Shown: positions 1 to 9,579, numbered from the stretch's first letter. The stretch: DNA of 37,206 bases from Acidobacteriota bacterium (GCA_027038695.1 JALWHA010000133.1:1-37206), one strand, 5' to 3'. Translations and numbers: made by a program. The notes: generated by a model from the letters alone, not told the origin.

Positions 1-1052
1 GTATAGCCATTACCGGGACACACGGAAAGACCACTACCACCGCTATGGCGGCAAGTGTTTTCAACGAGGCGGGGTTTGACCCTACCGTGATAATAGGAGG
101 GATATTTCAGAAGTTAGATTCAAACGCTAAATTAGGCAATTCTCCTTTTTTAATTGCCGAGGCTGATGAATCGGATAAATCTCACTTAAACCTGTCTCCG
201 GTTTTTGCAGTTATAACCAATATTGACATTGACCATCTGGATTTTTATAAAGATTTAAACGATATAAAAGAGACATTTAAGGTTTTTGCAAATAAAGTCC
301 CCTTTTTCGGTTCGGTTATTATTAACAATGACGATAAAAATTGTAGGGATATTATTCCGGGGTTGAAAAAAAGGGTTGTTACTTACGGTTTTTCAAACAA
401 TTCGGATTATTGTATTAAAGAATTAACAAAAGGTAAAGGTTATTATTCTTTTAAAGTAATGGAATTCGGGAAATATTTAGGGGAGTTTACCATAAAAGTG
501 CCGGGGACTTTTAATGTACAAAACGCTTGCGGAGTAATAGCGCTTGCAAGGGAGTTGAATATTCCTTATGAAAGCATAAGGTCAGGATTAGAATCTTACA
601 CCGGGACAAAGAGAAGGTGCGAGGTTGTGGGGGAGAATGTTAATTTAAAAGTGGTTTCCGATTATGCTCACCATCCGGTAGAGATTAAAAGTACTTTGCA
701 GGCTTTGAAAGACTTTTACAAAACGGGAAAAATTCTTGTTGTTTTTCAACCTCACAGGTTTACCAGAACAAAGGCTTTGTTTAAAGAGTTTGCCACCTGT
801 TTCCCCGATGGAACAGGCATTATCCTTATGCCTATTTATCCTGCCGGTGAAAAACCTATTGAGGGAGTTTCTTCGGCAAAGCTATGCAATGAAATAAAAA
901 AACGAAAAGTAAACTGTACCTTTATAAATGACTCTAACGCACTCTTTGAGGTTCTTGAAAAATATAAAGGGGATTACGACATAATAGCCTTTTTGGGTGC
1001 CGGGGTAATTGACAGGTATGCAAGGGCATTCGGGAGGAAGATTAGTGAATAA
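1..1052 (+). CDS. murC: UDP-N-acetylmuramate--L-alanine ligase (5' truncated by window)
   Basis: Frame is open from position 3: IAITGTHGKTTTTAM (Mur ligase P-loop), then IAEADESD, TNIDIDHLD, DYAHHPVEI and FQPHRFTRT, all MurC motifs. Confidence 0.96.
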   Translation, partial: IAITGTHGKTTTTAMAASVFNEAGFDPTVIIGGIFQKLDSNAKLGNSPFLIAEADESDKSHLNLSPVFAVITNIDIDHLDFYKDLNDIKETFKVFANKVPFFGSVIINNDDKNCRDIIPGLKKRVVTYGFSNNSDYCIKELTKGKGYYSFKVMEFGKYLGEFTIKVPGTFNVQNACGVIALARELNIPYESIRSGLESYTGTKRRCEVVGENVNLKVVSDYAHHPVEIKSTLQALKDFYKTGKILVVFQPHRFTRTKALFKEFATCFPDGTGIILMPIYPAGEKPIEGVSSAKLCNEIKKRKVNCTFINDSNALFEVLEKYKGDYDIIAFLGAGVIDRYARAFGRKISE

Positions 1053-1821
1053 ATTGTCAAAAAAGTTACGTTTTAAAATAAAAAGGTTTATCCGTGAAAA
1101 AGGTAAAAGCATAGTTGCATTTTTTATTGGAGTTGTTTTGCTTTTTTCTTTAAGTATGGTAGTTTTCCCCCCTTTAAAAGATTTTATATTCGGAATGTTT
1201 GTCGTTGAGAAGATAAAAGTTGAAGGAGTTGATTATAACGATGTTTCTGATTTAAAAAGGTCACTTGGAATATACAAAGGCCGTGTAAATTGGTCTATTG
1301 ATAGAAAAGAGCTGGAATGTTATATAAAAAAGCAGTTTAAATGGGTTAAATCCCTCTCTATTTCCACATTCCCTTCAAAAACATTGGTGATATACATAGA
1401 AGAAGAGGAACCTGAGGTTTTTTACAGAGATAAATCAGGCCAATTATGGATTGTCGGGGAAAACGGTGAGATACTTAACAAGTACCGTTCCAAAAAATTC
1501 GGTTACCTTTATCTTCCTATTTTGGAATGTGATAGGAAGTTTATTCCTTATGCGGTGTCAAAGATAAGGTTTTTGAGAAAAAATCGAATAGGTGAAAATT
1601 TTTTTAAGGATATATCGGAAATTATAGTAAAAGACAAAGACTCAAAGTGGTCTTTGTTTTTAAAAAATTTTAAGGCAAAGGTATATGTGGACCCTTTCGG
1701 CCAGTTTAACAACATTGATTCTTTTTTGAGAATGAAAAATAGGCTTATAGACGATGTAGGGCGAATTGATTATGTTGACATCTCATTTAAAAATCAAATA
1801 ATAGTAAAACAAATGGATTAG
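1045..1821 (+). CDS. ftsQ: Cell division protein FtsQ/DivIB
   Basis: Basic N-terminus, single TM helix, POTRA-like segment (VEKIKVEG...KWVKSLSISTFPSKTLVIYIEE), C-terminal IDYVDISFKNQIIVK. Lies between murC and ftsA. GTG 1045 chosen as start because of GGAGG at 1033-1037 (ORF track starts at 1009). Confidence 0.85.
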   Translation: MNKLSKKLRFKIKRFIREKGKSIVAFFIGVVLLFSLSMVVFPPLKDFIFGMFVVEKIKVEGVDYNDVSDLKRSLGIYKGRVNWSIDRKELECYIKKQFKWVKSLSISTFPSKTLVIYIEEEEPEVFYRDKSGQLWIVGENGEILNKYRSKKFGYLYLPILECDRKFIPYAVSKIRFLRKNRIGENFFKDISEIIVKDKDSKWSLFLKNFKAKVYVDPFGQFNNIDSFLRMKNRLIDDVGRIDYVDISFKNQIIVKQMD

Positions 1822-1830
1822 GGGGGATAT

Positions 1831-3117
1831 ATGGGAAGGAAATTAACTCTTGCACTTGATCTAGGGTGTCATGAACTAAAAGGTATTATTTTTGAACTTA
1901 TGGAGTACAATAATAATATCCATGTTCTGGCGGCAAAGAAAGAAAAAACCCTGGGTATTGAGGATGGTAAAATAAAAAACCCTAATTTGTTAAAAACCCA
2001 GGTAGCCAAAGTTATAGATTCTTTAATAGATGAAACCGGAGATTACGTAGACGAGGTTTATTTAAGCATTCCCCCCGTAAATACCCTGCAAAACAATATA
2101 GTTAAACAGATGATCGTTGGGGACTCTAACGGATCTACCATTGTTGATAATTCGCATGTAAGTGAATTAACCGAGAAATTAATTGATGAAATTAGAAGAA
2201 AATCTGAGAGCCAGGAGTTAACCCTGATTGATTTTATGATAAACGAGTACAACACTTCCCCTTCCCCGAAATCCAAGTATGAGATAGTGGATAATCCCAT
2301 AGGAATGGATGCTTACTCTTTGGGAATGGATATGTTTTTTATACTTGCAAAAAGCTATGTTATCTCAACGTTGCAGAGTATTTTTGATAGCCTTGAAGTG
2401 GTTATGGATAAAATAACTGTCCCTTATGTTCCGGGTAGTTTAAAATCTGTTCCCTATACGGCGAGAAAAACCGGGGCTCTTTACATTGACTTAGGTGCTT
2501 CTTTTACCGATGCTGTTATATTTAAACATAACAGTGTAGTTCACACTTACTCCCTCCCCCTTGGAGGAGATGCTGTAACTTCAGACCTGGTTCGAGCTTT
2601 TGGGAAAAATATTGATGATAAGAATTTCAATATTGCCGAAAAGATGAAAAAAAAGTATAGCAATCTCACTATTGAAGCTGAAGACTCTCAAAAAAATGTA
2701 TTTTTTGAACCTGACCTTTTAAGTGATGTTTTTTTAAATTTAGAACAGGTGAAATTAGTGATGAGAGAAAGGGTAAAAGAGATTCTCTCTATGGTTAAGC
2801 ATGAAGTGGAACAAAATCAGGTATTAACTGCAAGAGGGATCAATTATTCTCAAGTTATACTTGCAGGAGGTACGGCAAAGTTTGAAGGAATTGAAGATGT
2901 TGCTAATGAAGTATTTAATATGCCTGTACTTGTAGCCACCCCGTTTATAGATTCGGGAGTGGACTTTGAGGAAATTAATTCCCCCGAGTTTGTCCCTGTT
3001 TACGGTTTAGCTGAGTATTTCGCCGGCGATATAAGAAAACCAGAATTAAGTTCGGGTTTTTTCAATAAGATGGTCGGAAAGTTAAAAACCATATTTAATA
3101 GAAAGAAAAGGGGGTAA
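1831..3117 (+). CDS. ftsA: Cell division protein FtsA
   Basis: Actin-fold motifs ALDLG, YIDLG..TD, LPLGGDAVTSDL, AEKMKKKY and VILAGGTAKFEGI; NPIGM; C-terminal amphipathic helix FFNKMVGKLKTIF; directly upstream of ftsZ. Confidence 0.92.
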   Translation: MGRKLTLALDLGCHELKGIIFELMEYNNNIHVLAAKKEKTLGIEDGKIKNPNLLKTQVAKVIDSLIDETGDYVDEVYLSIPPVNTLQNNIVKQMIVGDSNGSTIVDNSHVSELTEKLIDEIRRKSESQELTLIDFMINEYNTSPSPKSKYEIVDNPIGMDAYSLGMDMFFILAKSYVISTLQSIFDSLEVVMDKITVPYVPGSLKSVPYTARKTGALYIDLGASFTDAVIFKHNSVVHTYSLPLGGDAVTSDLVRAFGKNIDDKNFNIAEKMKKKYSNLTIEAEDSQKNVFFEPDLLSDVFLNLEQVKLVMRERVKEILSMVKHEVEQNQVLTARGINYSQVILAGGTAKFEGIEDVANEVFNMPVLVATPFIDSGVDFEEINSPEFVPVYGLAEYFAGDIRKPELSSGFFNKMVGKLKTIFNRKKRG

Positions 3118-3119
3118 CT

Positions 3120-4508
3120 ATGACTCCGGAATTTATCATTGAGGAAGCGCAGACCTTGCTTCCCAAAATTAAGGTTATCGGTGTCGGAGGGGCCGGGTGT
3201 AACGCCATTAATAGAATGATTGAATCCAATATAAAGCAGGTAGAATTTATTGCCGTTAATACGGATTATCAGTCACTTTTAACCTCAAAGGCAAGCGTTA
3301 AGATCCAGATAGGCAAGGATTTAACTCAGGGTTTAGGTGCCGGGTCAAACCCTGACACTGCGAAAGAGGCTGCATTAGAAGATAAAGATAAATTAAAATC
3401 AATTATTTCCGGCTCACACATGCTTTTTATTACTGCAGGCTTAGGAGGAGGAACAGGGACAGGTGCCGCTCCTGTTATTGCCGAGATTGCCAAAGAGTTG
3501 GGTATACTCTCTGTGGCTATAGTTACACAGCCTTTTTATTCTGAAAGGACATTCAGGTATAAAAACTTTTTAAGAGGGTTTAACGATTTAAAGGATCATG
3601 TAGATTCAATGATAATTTTGAAAAACGACAAAATAAAGGAGATCTTTGATCCTAATGTCCCTATATCAACCGCATATAAAGAGATTGATTCAGTACTTGA
3701 AAAGGCTTTGAGGGGAATTGTTGATATGCTTTTTAAACCAGGGGTTGAGAATATTGATTTTGCTGATGTTAAAGCGATTTTTGAGTACAAAGGCTTTGCT
3801 CTTTTAGGCCTGGGAAAAGCCACGGGAGCGGACAGGGCAATTCTGGCTTTTGAAGAGGCAAGGAAATCGCCGTTGCTTGAAACTTATCCTTTAGGACAGG
3901 CAAAAGGTTTGATTTTAAATATAACTTATGGAACCGGAGAAAATGAATTAACCTTAAAAGAGCACGATGCTATTTTAAAAGCGGCACACGATGCTTTAGG
4001 TACAAACATTAATGTTAATTTTATTAAGGGTATGGTTCAAGATGAGGATGTGGGAGATGAGTTAAGGATTACAATTATTGCTACTGGTTACGATTATTCA
4101 AGCTTTAAAGCCATTCCTGAAGAAGAATTGAAAAAGCAGATAGATGAGAGTTTTGTCCTGAAAACAAAGGATATTCATACTGAAGATAATCTGGAAGATG
4201 AATTGTTGGAAGATTCGAATGATGAGAGTTTAATTTTAAGCTCAACCATGCCTGAGATTGAAAATACTGATTTTGAACCTAACTCAATACCGATTGTTCC
4301 CAATGGATCAGTAAAAAGGTATCAGGTTGTAAATTATCCCCTGAAGGAGATTGCTGAGAATTTTATAAAAAACTCAAGCCTCCCTATTCCCTTATCCATG
4401 GACGGCGATTCTGATACTACTTATATTGATAATATGAAAAATGTGCCTGCTTTTGTCAGGTCATATATAAAATTAAAGGAAAATTTTGTGGAGAAAAATT
4501 ATGTATAA
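3120..4508 (+). CDS. ftsZ: Cell division GTPase FtsZ
   Basis: KIKVIGVGGAGCNAINRM, AVNTD, GLGAG, tubulin signature GLGGGTGTGAAPV, T7 loop NIDFADV, acidic linker, C-terminal core NVPAFVR. Confidence 0.98.
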   Translation: MTPEFIIEEAQTLLPKIKVIGVGGAGCNAINRMIESNIKQVEFIAVNTDYQSLLTSKASVKIQIGKDLTQGLGAGSNPDTAKEAALEDKDKLKSIISGSHMLFITAGLGGGTGTGAAPVIAEIAKELGILSVAIVTQPFYSERTFRYKNFLRGFNDLKDHVDSMIILKNDKIKEIFDPNVPISTAYKEIDSVLEKALRGIVDMLFKPGVENIDFADVKAIFEYKGFALLGLGKATGADRAILAFEEARKSPLLETYPLGQAKGLILNITYGTGENELTLKEHDAILKAAHDALGTNINVNFIKGMVQDEDVGDELRITIIATGYDYSSFKAIPEEELKKQIDESFVLKTKDIHTEDNLEDELLEDSNDESLILSSTMPEIENTDFEPNSIPIVPNGSVKRYQVVNYPLKEIAENFIKNSSLPIPLSMDGDSDTTYIDNMKNVPAFVRSYIKLKENFVEKNYV

Positions 4509-5682
4509 AGAAAAAATTGAACAGGCTGTGCAGATTTTAAACGAATTAAATATTGATATGTGGCTTACCTTCGGTAGAGAAAGTCACACTCTTCATGACC
4601 CCGCTACCGATTTAATTTTAGGTACAGGCTATACCTGGCATTCGGCTTTTATAGTTGCACAGGACGGAGATAGTGTAGCCATAGTCGGCAGTCTTGATGC
4701 GGCTAATATTGAGAAAAGGGGTGTTTACAAAAGGGTTATCCCTTATTTACAGTCTATTAAACAAGATTTCTTAAACTATATTAAGGAAAAAGACCCTAAA
4801 ACCATTGCAATAAACTTTTCGGAAGATAATGTAATGGCTGACGGATTAACTTACGGAAGTTATTTGACACTAAAAAAAATATTTCAGAATACCCCATATG
4901 TTGATAGATTTGTATCTTCCGAGCAAATAGTCTCGGCTTTAAGGGGAAGAAAGTCAAAAACCGAGATAGAGAGAATTAAATACGCCATAAAAGAAACGGA
5001 AAAACTTTACAAGGAGATCTGGGATTATTTAAAGCCCGGTTTAACCGAAAAACAGGTTCATGGTTATATGGTTAAAAGAATGAAGGAATTAGGTTATGCT
5101 CCTGCATGGGATATCGAGATGTGTCCCTCTGTTTTTACCGGTATTCCCGACGAGGGCGAGGCTCACACAGGGCCAACTGATAAGGTGATAGAAAGGGGCC
5201 ATGTTTTGAATATGGATTTCGGGTTAAAGATTAACGATTACTGTTCTGACCTTCAAAATACCTGGTATGTCTTAAGGGAAGGGGAAACCGAAGCGCCTAA
5301 AGCTGTTGTTGATGGTTTTAATGCGGTAAGAGACGCAATAATTAAGAGCGCAAAAGCGATTCGTCCGGGAATGGAAGGAAGGGAGATAGACGCAATTGCA
5401 AGAAATTTGATTATTGAGAGGGGTTTTGACGAGTATCCTCACGCATTAGGCCATCAGGTGGGAAGAGAGCCTCACGACGGTGGAGGATTGCTTGCTCCGG
5501 AATGGGACAGGTACGGGGACCTGCCTTATAAAAAGATAGAAGAAAACCAGATCTATACTCTTGAGCCCAGGGTAAGGATTGAAGGGTACGGAGTTGCTAC
5601 GATAGAGGAAATTATAGTCGTAACAAAGGACGGTGGCGAATTTCTTTCGGAATTACAGGAAGAGATCTGGCTTGTTAAATAA
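4501..5682 (+). CDS. M24 family Xaa-Pro aminopeptidase/dipeptidase
   Basis: Pita-bread fold metal ligands in order: MDFG, YCSDL, HALGHQVG..H, TLEP, IEE. ATG 4501 follows GGAG and overlaps the ftsZ stop. Confidence 0.9.
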   Translation: MYKEKIEQAVQILNELNIDMWLTFGRESHTLHDPATDLILGTGYTWHSAFIVAQDGDSVAIVGSLDAANIEKRGVYKRVIPYLQSIKQDFLNYIKEKDPKTIAINFSEDNVMADGLTYGSYLTLKKIFQNTPYVDRFVSSEQIVSALRGRKSKTEIERIKYAIKETEKLYKEIWDYLKPGLTEKQVHGYMVKRMKELGYAPAWDIEMCPSVFTGIPDEGEAHTGPTDKVIERGHVLNMDFGLKINDYCSDLQNTWYVLREGETEAPKAVVDGFNAVRDAIIKSAKAIRPGMEGREIDAIARNLIIERGFDEYPHALGHQVGREPHDGGGLLAPEWDRYGDLPYKKIEENQIYTLEPRVRIEGYGVATIEEIIVVTKDGGEFLSELQEEIWLVK

Positions 5683-5711
5683 CTGATAGATGGAGATATT
5701 TGTGCTACAAT
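5683..5711 (+). promoter_or_regulatory. Putative sigma70 promoter for the letAB/pqi cassette
   Basis: CTGATA (5683-5688), 17 bp spacer, TACAAT (5706-5711), with an extended -10 TG at 5703-5704. Confidence 0.45.
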
Positions 5712-5720
5712 AAATCTACA

Positions 5721-6371
5721 ATGACTATTAAAAGGCAATGTAATTACTGTGGCACAATTGTAGAATTAGATAAGCTTTCAAGGGATACCGATTATCTGTG
5801 TCCCGAATGTAAAAGTCTTGTTTATAGAAGAGGGCAGCCGTTTCAGCATGTGTTTTTTTTATCCATAACTAGCCTTTTGCTTTTCTTCTGGATGCTGAAC
5901 GCCCCTCTCCTTTCAATAAAAATTTTAGGTATTGAGAAAAGTATATCCTTTGCTAACGGGTTAGGACACTTAATAGAAACTGGCAGGTATTTAACAGCAA
6001 TAATTCTCGGCTTAACGGTTATTGTAATCCCGTATACAATGCTTGTTTTAAGGATTGCCGTGATGGTTTCGGTCAGGATAAAGGCTATTTCCCCCATGGT
6101 TTTTAGATTATTGGCTCTTTATAAAAAGATCTTTGAATGGAATATGGCTGAGGTTTATCTTGTTGGTATTTTAATAGCCATAATTAAATTAAAATCTTTG
6201 GCGGATATTACCATTGGTAAAGGGACTTTGATATTTCTATTGTTTATTATTAGTTTTTACATCAGTGTTGAATGGTTTAATCCGAACGATATTTATCTGT
6301 TCTGTGACGGCAATGAGTGTAGGAATCCCGAAGATCTTCTTTTTTATAGAGAGGTTGACAGTGAAACTTGA
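5721..6371 (+). CDS. PqiA/LetA(YebS)-family membrane protein, N-terminal half
   Basis: CNYC...CPEC zinc-finger pair, TM helices, EWNMAEVYLVGILIAIIKL PqiA motif. Start could be TTG 5700 or ATG 5721. Confidence 0.85.
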   Translation: MTIKRQCNYCGTIVELDKLSRDTDYLCPECKSLVYRRGQPFQHVFFLSITSLLLFFWMLNAPLLSIKILGIEKSISFANGLGHLIETGRYLTAIILGLTVIVIPYTMLVLRIAVMVSVRIKAISPMVFRLLALYKKIFEWNMAEVYLVGILIAIIKLKSLADITIGKGTLIFLLFIISFYISVEWFNPNDIYLFCDGNECRNPEDLLFYREVDSET

Positions 6372-6867
6372 CGAGGGTTACAAGAAAAAGGTTATTTTAA
6401 AATCATGGGCATATACATTTGCGGCAATTTGTTTTATGTTCCCCGCCTATCTTCTTCCTATGATGGTAACGGGGAAGATGGGAAAAGTAGAGGCAAACAC
6501 AGTGTTTTCCGGAGTTGTTTACTTTTTTGTTCACGGTGATTACTTTGTTGCTATTGTTATTTTTACGGCAAGCATATTGATCCCGATAGTAAAGGTTGTA
6601 GGTGTTATTTATCTTCTTTTAATTTACCATTTTAAGGCAAAAGAACAGAGGTTAACTGCTGTAACCCTCTACCACATACTTCACTTTATAGGCAAATGGT
6701 CCATGCTGGATGTATTTGTTGTCGCGTTAATGAGTTCTCTGGTTCAATACAATTTTATTGCTTTCGCAAAGCCCGGCCCCGCAGTAATACCCTTTGCGCT
6801 TGTGGTAATATTTACCATATTGGCGACTAAAAATTTTGATACAAAACTTTATTGGAGTAAAATATGA
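6361..6867 (+). CDS. PqiA/LetA(YebS)-family membrane protein, C-terminal half
   Basis: SWAY..AAI...PAYLLPMM, NTVFSGV, IFTASILIPIVK, IGKWSMLDVFVVAL, PGPA...FALVVIFT...FD. GTG 6361 follows GAGGT (ORF track starts at 6265). Confidence 0.85.
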   Translation: MKLDEGYKKKVILKSWAYTFAAICFMFPAYLLPMMVTGKMGKVEANTVFSGVVYFFVHGDYFVAIVIFTASILIPIVKVVGVIYLLLIYHFKAKEQRLTAVTLYHILHFIGKWSMLDVFVVALMSSLVQYNFIAFAKPGPAVIPFALVVIFTILATKNFDTKLYWSKI

Positions 6868-9467
6868 AACCGATTATTGTAAAAAGGTCAACCATTTATT
6901 TAATCTGGGTAATCCCTATTATCGCTATTATTATTTCAGGCATAATGCTTTTTAACGAATATGCCAGGATGGGGGAATCCGTTGTTATTATCTTTAAGGA
7001 TGCAAGGGGATTCAAGCAGGACGAGACTCCGATAAAGTACAAGGGGATTTTAATAGGAACAGTAAAGGAGATTGAGGTTGACCCTAACGATTTAAGTAAG
7101 TTTGTGATAACGGCAAAAATAAAAAAGAGTTTTGTGAAATACCTGACCGAAGGTGCACGGTTCTGGAAGGTGAGCCCGAAGTTAAAACCTACTGAATTTA
7201 CCGGATTATCTACGTTTTTTTCAGGTACTTATATTGAATTCTCTCCTGCAACTTCAGACCCTCAAAAACTTAATAAATTAAAAAGCAAAAGAAGGTTTTA
7301 CGGGTTTGAAGAAGAGCCTAAGACAAACGTAACTTATTTTAGGCTATACGGTGAAGACGGTTCTTTAATAGAAGGGGCTCCGGTTCTTTATAAAAATTTC
7401 ATTGTAGGAAACATTACAAAAAAGGCACTTAAAGGTCGGGAAATTGAATATATAATTTCAATAGGCAATAAATTCGCTTCGCTGGTTAAAACTGGTTCTC
7501 ATTTCTGGAAGATCTCCCCGGTGGATATTAAAGCTTCCCTTCCCGATTTTCAAGTTAAGGTAAACAATGTTTTTAATTTCTTTTTTGGTGGAATTCAATT
7601 TGATTCTCCCGAGGATTCACAATCGGTATGCTCTTTAGATAAAAATTCAAAAGAGTTTGCTGTTTGCAATAAAAAAGGGTTTTATCTTTTCCCGTCCAGA
7701 GGGGATACTGAATACTCTTTAAAAAAAATAAAACTTGTTTTAAAGAATGCTCATAAAGTTCAGTCTTCCCTTAAACTGGTTTACTACAAGGGTGACGTTG
7801 CCGGAAAGGTTGTATCTTCATATTATGACGTGGCTAAGGACACAAGATATCTCTATGTAAAGATGAAAAGGAAATATTTTATTTTTCTTTCTTATAAATC
7901 TATTTTTTGGATTGAAAAGCCTGATATTGAAAATCTAAATGTTCAATCTATTGTAAAAGGTACTCATATTGAATTTTCTTTTTATAACAGAAAATCACAA
8001 TATAAAAACCAATATACCCTTTATCCATCAAAGCCTTACAATAATGTTAAACACATTATCCTTCAATCAACGGAAGAAGTAGGTTTAAGCAAGGGTGATT
8101 ACCTGTTTTACGGAAAAACCGTTATTGGGGAAGTAGTTTCGGTAAGGTTAAAAGACGGAGAAGAAAAGTATCATTGTATAATTTATAGAGAATTTAGCAA
8201 ATTATTGAAAGATAACCCTGTTTTTTATAAGAAAAGCGGAATTCAAGGATCCATGTCGGCGGCGGGAATTGATTTTTCGGTATCACCTTTAAAGGAATTA
8301 TTTTTCGGAGGGGTGGGGCTAATAAAATCAAAAAGCAAGGTTAAACAGAATAAAAATGTTTTTCCTTTGTTTAAAAGCAGAAAAGAAGCCGAGTGTTATG
8401 TTTATCTAAACGGCGGCGGTATAAAATTCTCTCTTTTATCCGATAATTTGCAGGGGGTTTACAAGGGTATGCCAATTTATTATCGTGGTATGAAAATAGG
8501 CAAGGTTTATGGAATTAAGTTTGACAAAAGTAAAAATATCTTTATGTTAAAGGGGTTTGTTGAAGAGAATTTTAAAGTGTTTGTAAAAGCAAATTCTATA
8601 TTTTATAAATCGTCCGGTATAGATTTAAAAATAGGGTTGGGGAAATTTGATATTAAAACGGAAAACATAGTATCTTTGCTAAAAGGTGCTATTGTGCTAA
8701 AAAATAAGGATAATAAAGTTTTACCCGCAAAAGATGAATATAAATTACTATCCTCGGAAGAATTGGAGAGAACGGATTTTGTTAAAGCGACTTTGATTTC
8801 GGATTCTGCGTACGGATTAAAGGAAGGAAGTGCAGTTGTTTACAGAGGGGTGAACGTTGGTGCGGTTAAATCTATGCAAGTTAAAAATAATAAAGTTGAA
8901 ATCACATTGTTGCTCAATAAAGAATACGCCTATCTATTGGATACGAACTCGAGGTTTTATATTGAAAAAACCAAGGTGGCGGGAGATGAGATCAAAAACT
9001 TATCCTCTGCAGTCTTCGGCTCAAGCGTTAAAATTGCATACTTTAATTCTGGTAAAAAGGCAACTATTTTTAAACTTGCCGGCGTTAACCCGTCTGATAC
9101 CGTCTATCGCAAAGGTTTTAGGATAATTATAATTGTGCCGCAAATAAATTCTCTGGTAGTAGGGTCTCCTCTTCTATACAATGGGGTACGGATAGGAGAG
9201 ATTGAAAATATTATGCTTTCTAAAGGGTTTAAATCGGTTGAACTTACCGTTTTTGTTGAGGAAAAGTACGAAAGTTTAATAAGGGAAGACTCTGTTTTTC
9301 AAGAGGTAAAGCCTGTTAAATTTAAAGCAGGGTTTATCTATGCAAAAGTAGATTTTAAATCATTTTCTACAATTCTAAAGGGAGGCCTGGAACTTATCAA
9401 CCCGGGGGTTGGGAAGTGTGTGGAAAAATGGCATAAATTTTATTTAAAAACTTACGCCGCAAAATAG
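6864..9467 (+). CDS. letB: Multi-MCE (MlaD) domain intermembrane lipid transport protein, LetB/YebT-like (7 MCE domains)
   Basis: N-terminal IWVIPIIA TM anchor followed by seven G-x(n)-P/hydrophobic-Y-x-G-x-x-hydrophobic-G-x-V/I type repeats: IKYKGILIGTV, VLYKNFIVGNI, VYYKGDVAGKV, LFYGKTVIGEV, IYYRGMKIGKV, VVYRGVNVGAV, LLYNGVRIGEI. 867 aa with no PqiB-type C-terminal coiled coil. Confidence 0.85.
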   Translation: MKPIIVKRSTIYLIWVIPIIAIIISGIMLFNEYARMGESVVIIFKDARGFKQDETPIKYKGILIGTVKEIEVDPNDLSKFVITAKIKKSFVKYLTEGARFWKVSPKLKPTEFTGLSTFFSGTYIEFSPATSDPQKLNKLKSKRRFYGFEEEPKTNVTYFRLYGEDGSLIEGAPVLYKNFIVGNITKKALKGREIEYIISIGNKFASLVKTGSHFWKISPVDIKASLPDFQVKVNNVFNFFFGGIQFDSPEDSQSVCSLDKNSKEFAVCNKKGFYLFPSRGDTEYSLKKIKLVLKNAHKVQSSLKLVYYKGDVAGKVVSSYYDVAKDTRYLYVKMKRKYFIFLSYKSIFWIEKPDIENLNVQSIVKGTHIEFSFYNRKSQYKNQYTLYPSKPYNNVKHIILQSTEEVGLSKGDYLFYGKTVIGEVVSVRLKDGEEKYHCIIYREFSKLLKDNPVFYKKSGIQGSMSAAGIDFSVSPLKELFFGGVGLIKSKSKVKQNKNVFPLFKSRKEAECYVYLNGGGIKFSLLSDNLQGVYKGMPIYYRGMKIGKVYGIKFDKSKNIFMLKGFVEENFKVFVKANSIFYKSSGIDLKIGLGKFDIKTENIVSLLKGAIVLKNKDNKVLPAKDEYKLLSSEELERTDFVKATLISDSAYGLKEGSAVVYRGVNVGAVKSMQVKNNKVEITLLLNKEYAYLLDTNSRFYIEKTKVAGDEIKNLSSAVFGSSVKIAYFNSGKKATIFKLAGVNPSDTVYRKGFRIIIIVPQINSLVVGSPLLYNGVRIGEIENIMLSKGFKSVELTVFVEEKYESLIREDSVFQEVKPVKFKAGFIYAKVDFKSFSTILKGGLELINPGVGKCVEKWHKFYLKTYAAK

Positions 9468-9579
9468 CATTAAGAGTTTTTTCACAAAAGAGTAGGCATG
9501 TTACACATTAAAAGTGTTTTAAATCACGGGTAAATAGTGTATAGTAAAATATGACGATGTGAATCTAAAAGGAGGGTCT

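Noticed and set aside
5721-6867. Frameshifted pqiA pseudogene
   Set aside because: The second half has its own SD and GTG, both halves keep intact motifs, and two-gene PqiA arrangements are plausible; kept as two CDS.
6864-9467. Calling this gene pqiB
   Set aside because: PqiB has three MCE domains plus a coiled coil and a pqiC partner; seven MCE repeats and no pqiC fit LetB/YebT.
9470-9487. Rex-like half site TTCACAA (TTAAGAG-TTTT-TTCACAA)
   Set aside because: The left arm matches only 4 of 7 positions in an AT-rich context, which is insufficient to call an operator.
9518-9545. Possible promoter (TTTAAA-16 bp-TATAGT) for the lipoprotein
   Set aside because: The -10 is reasonable but the -35 and spacing are weak in AT-rich DNA; not supportable as a feature.
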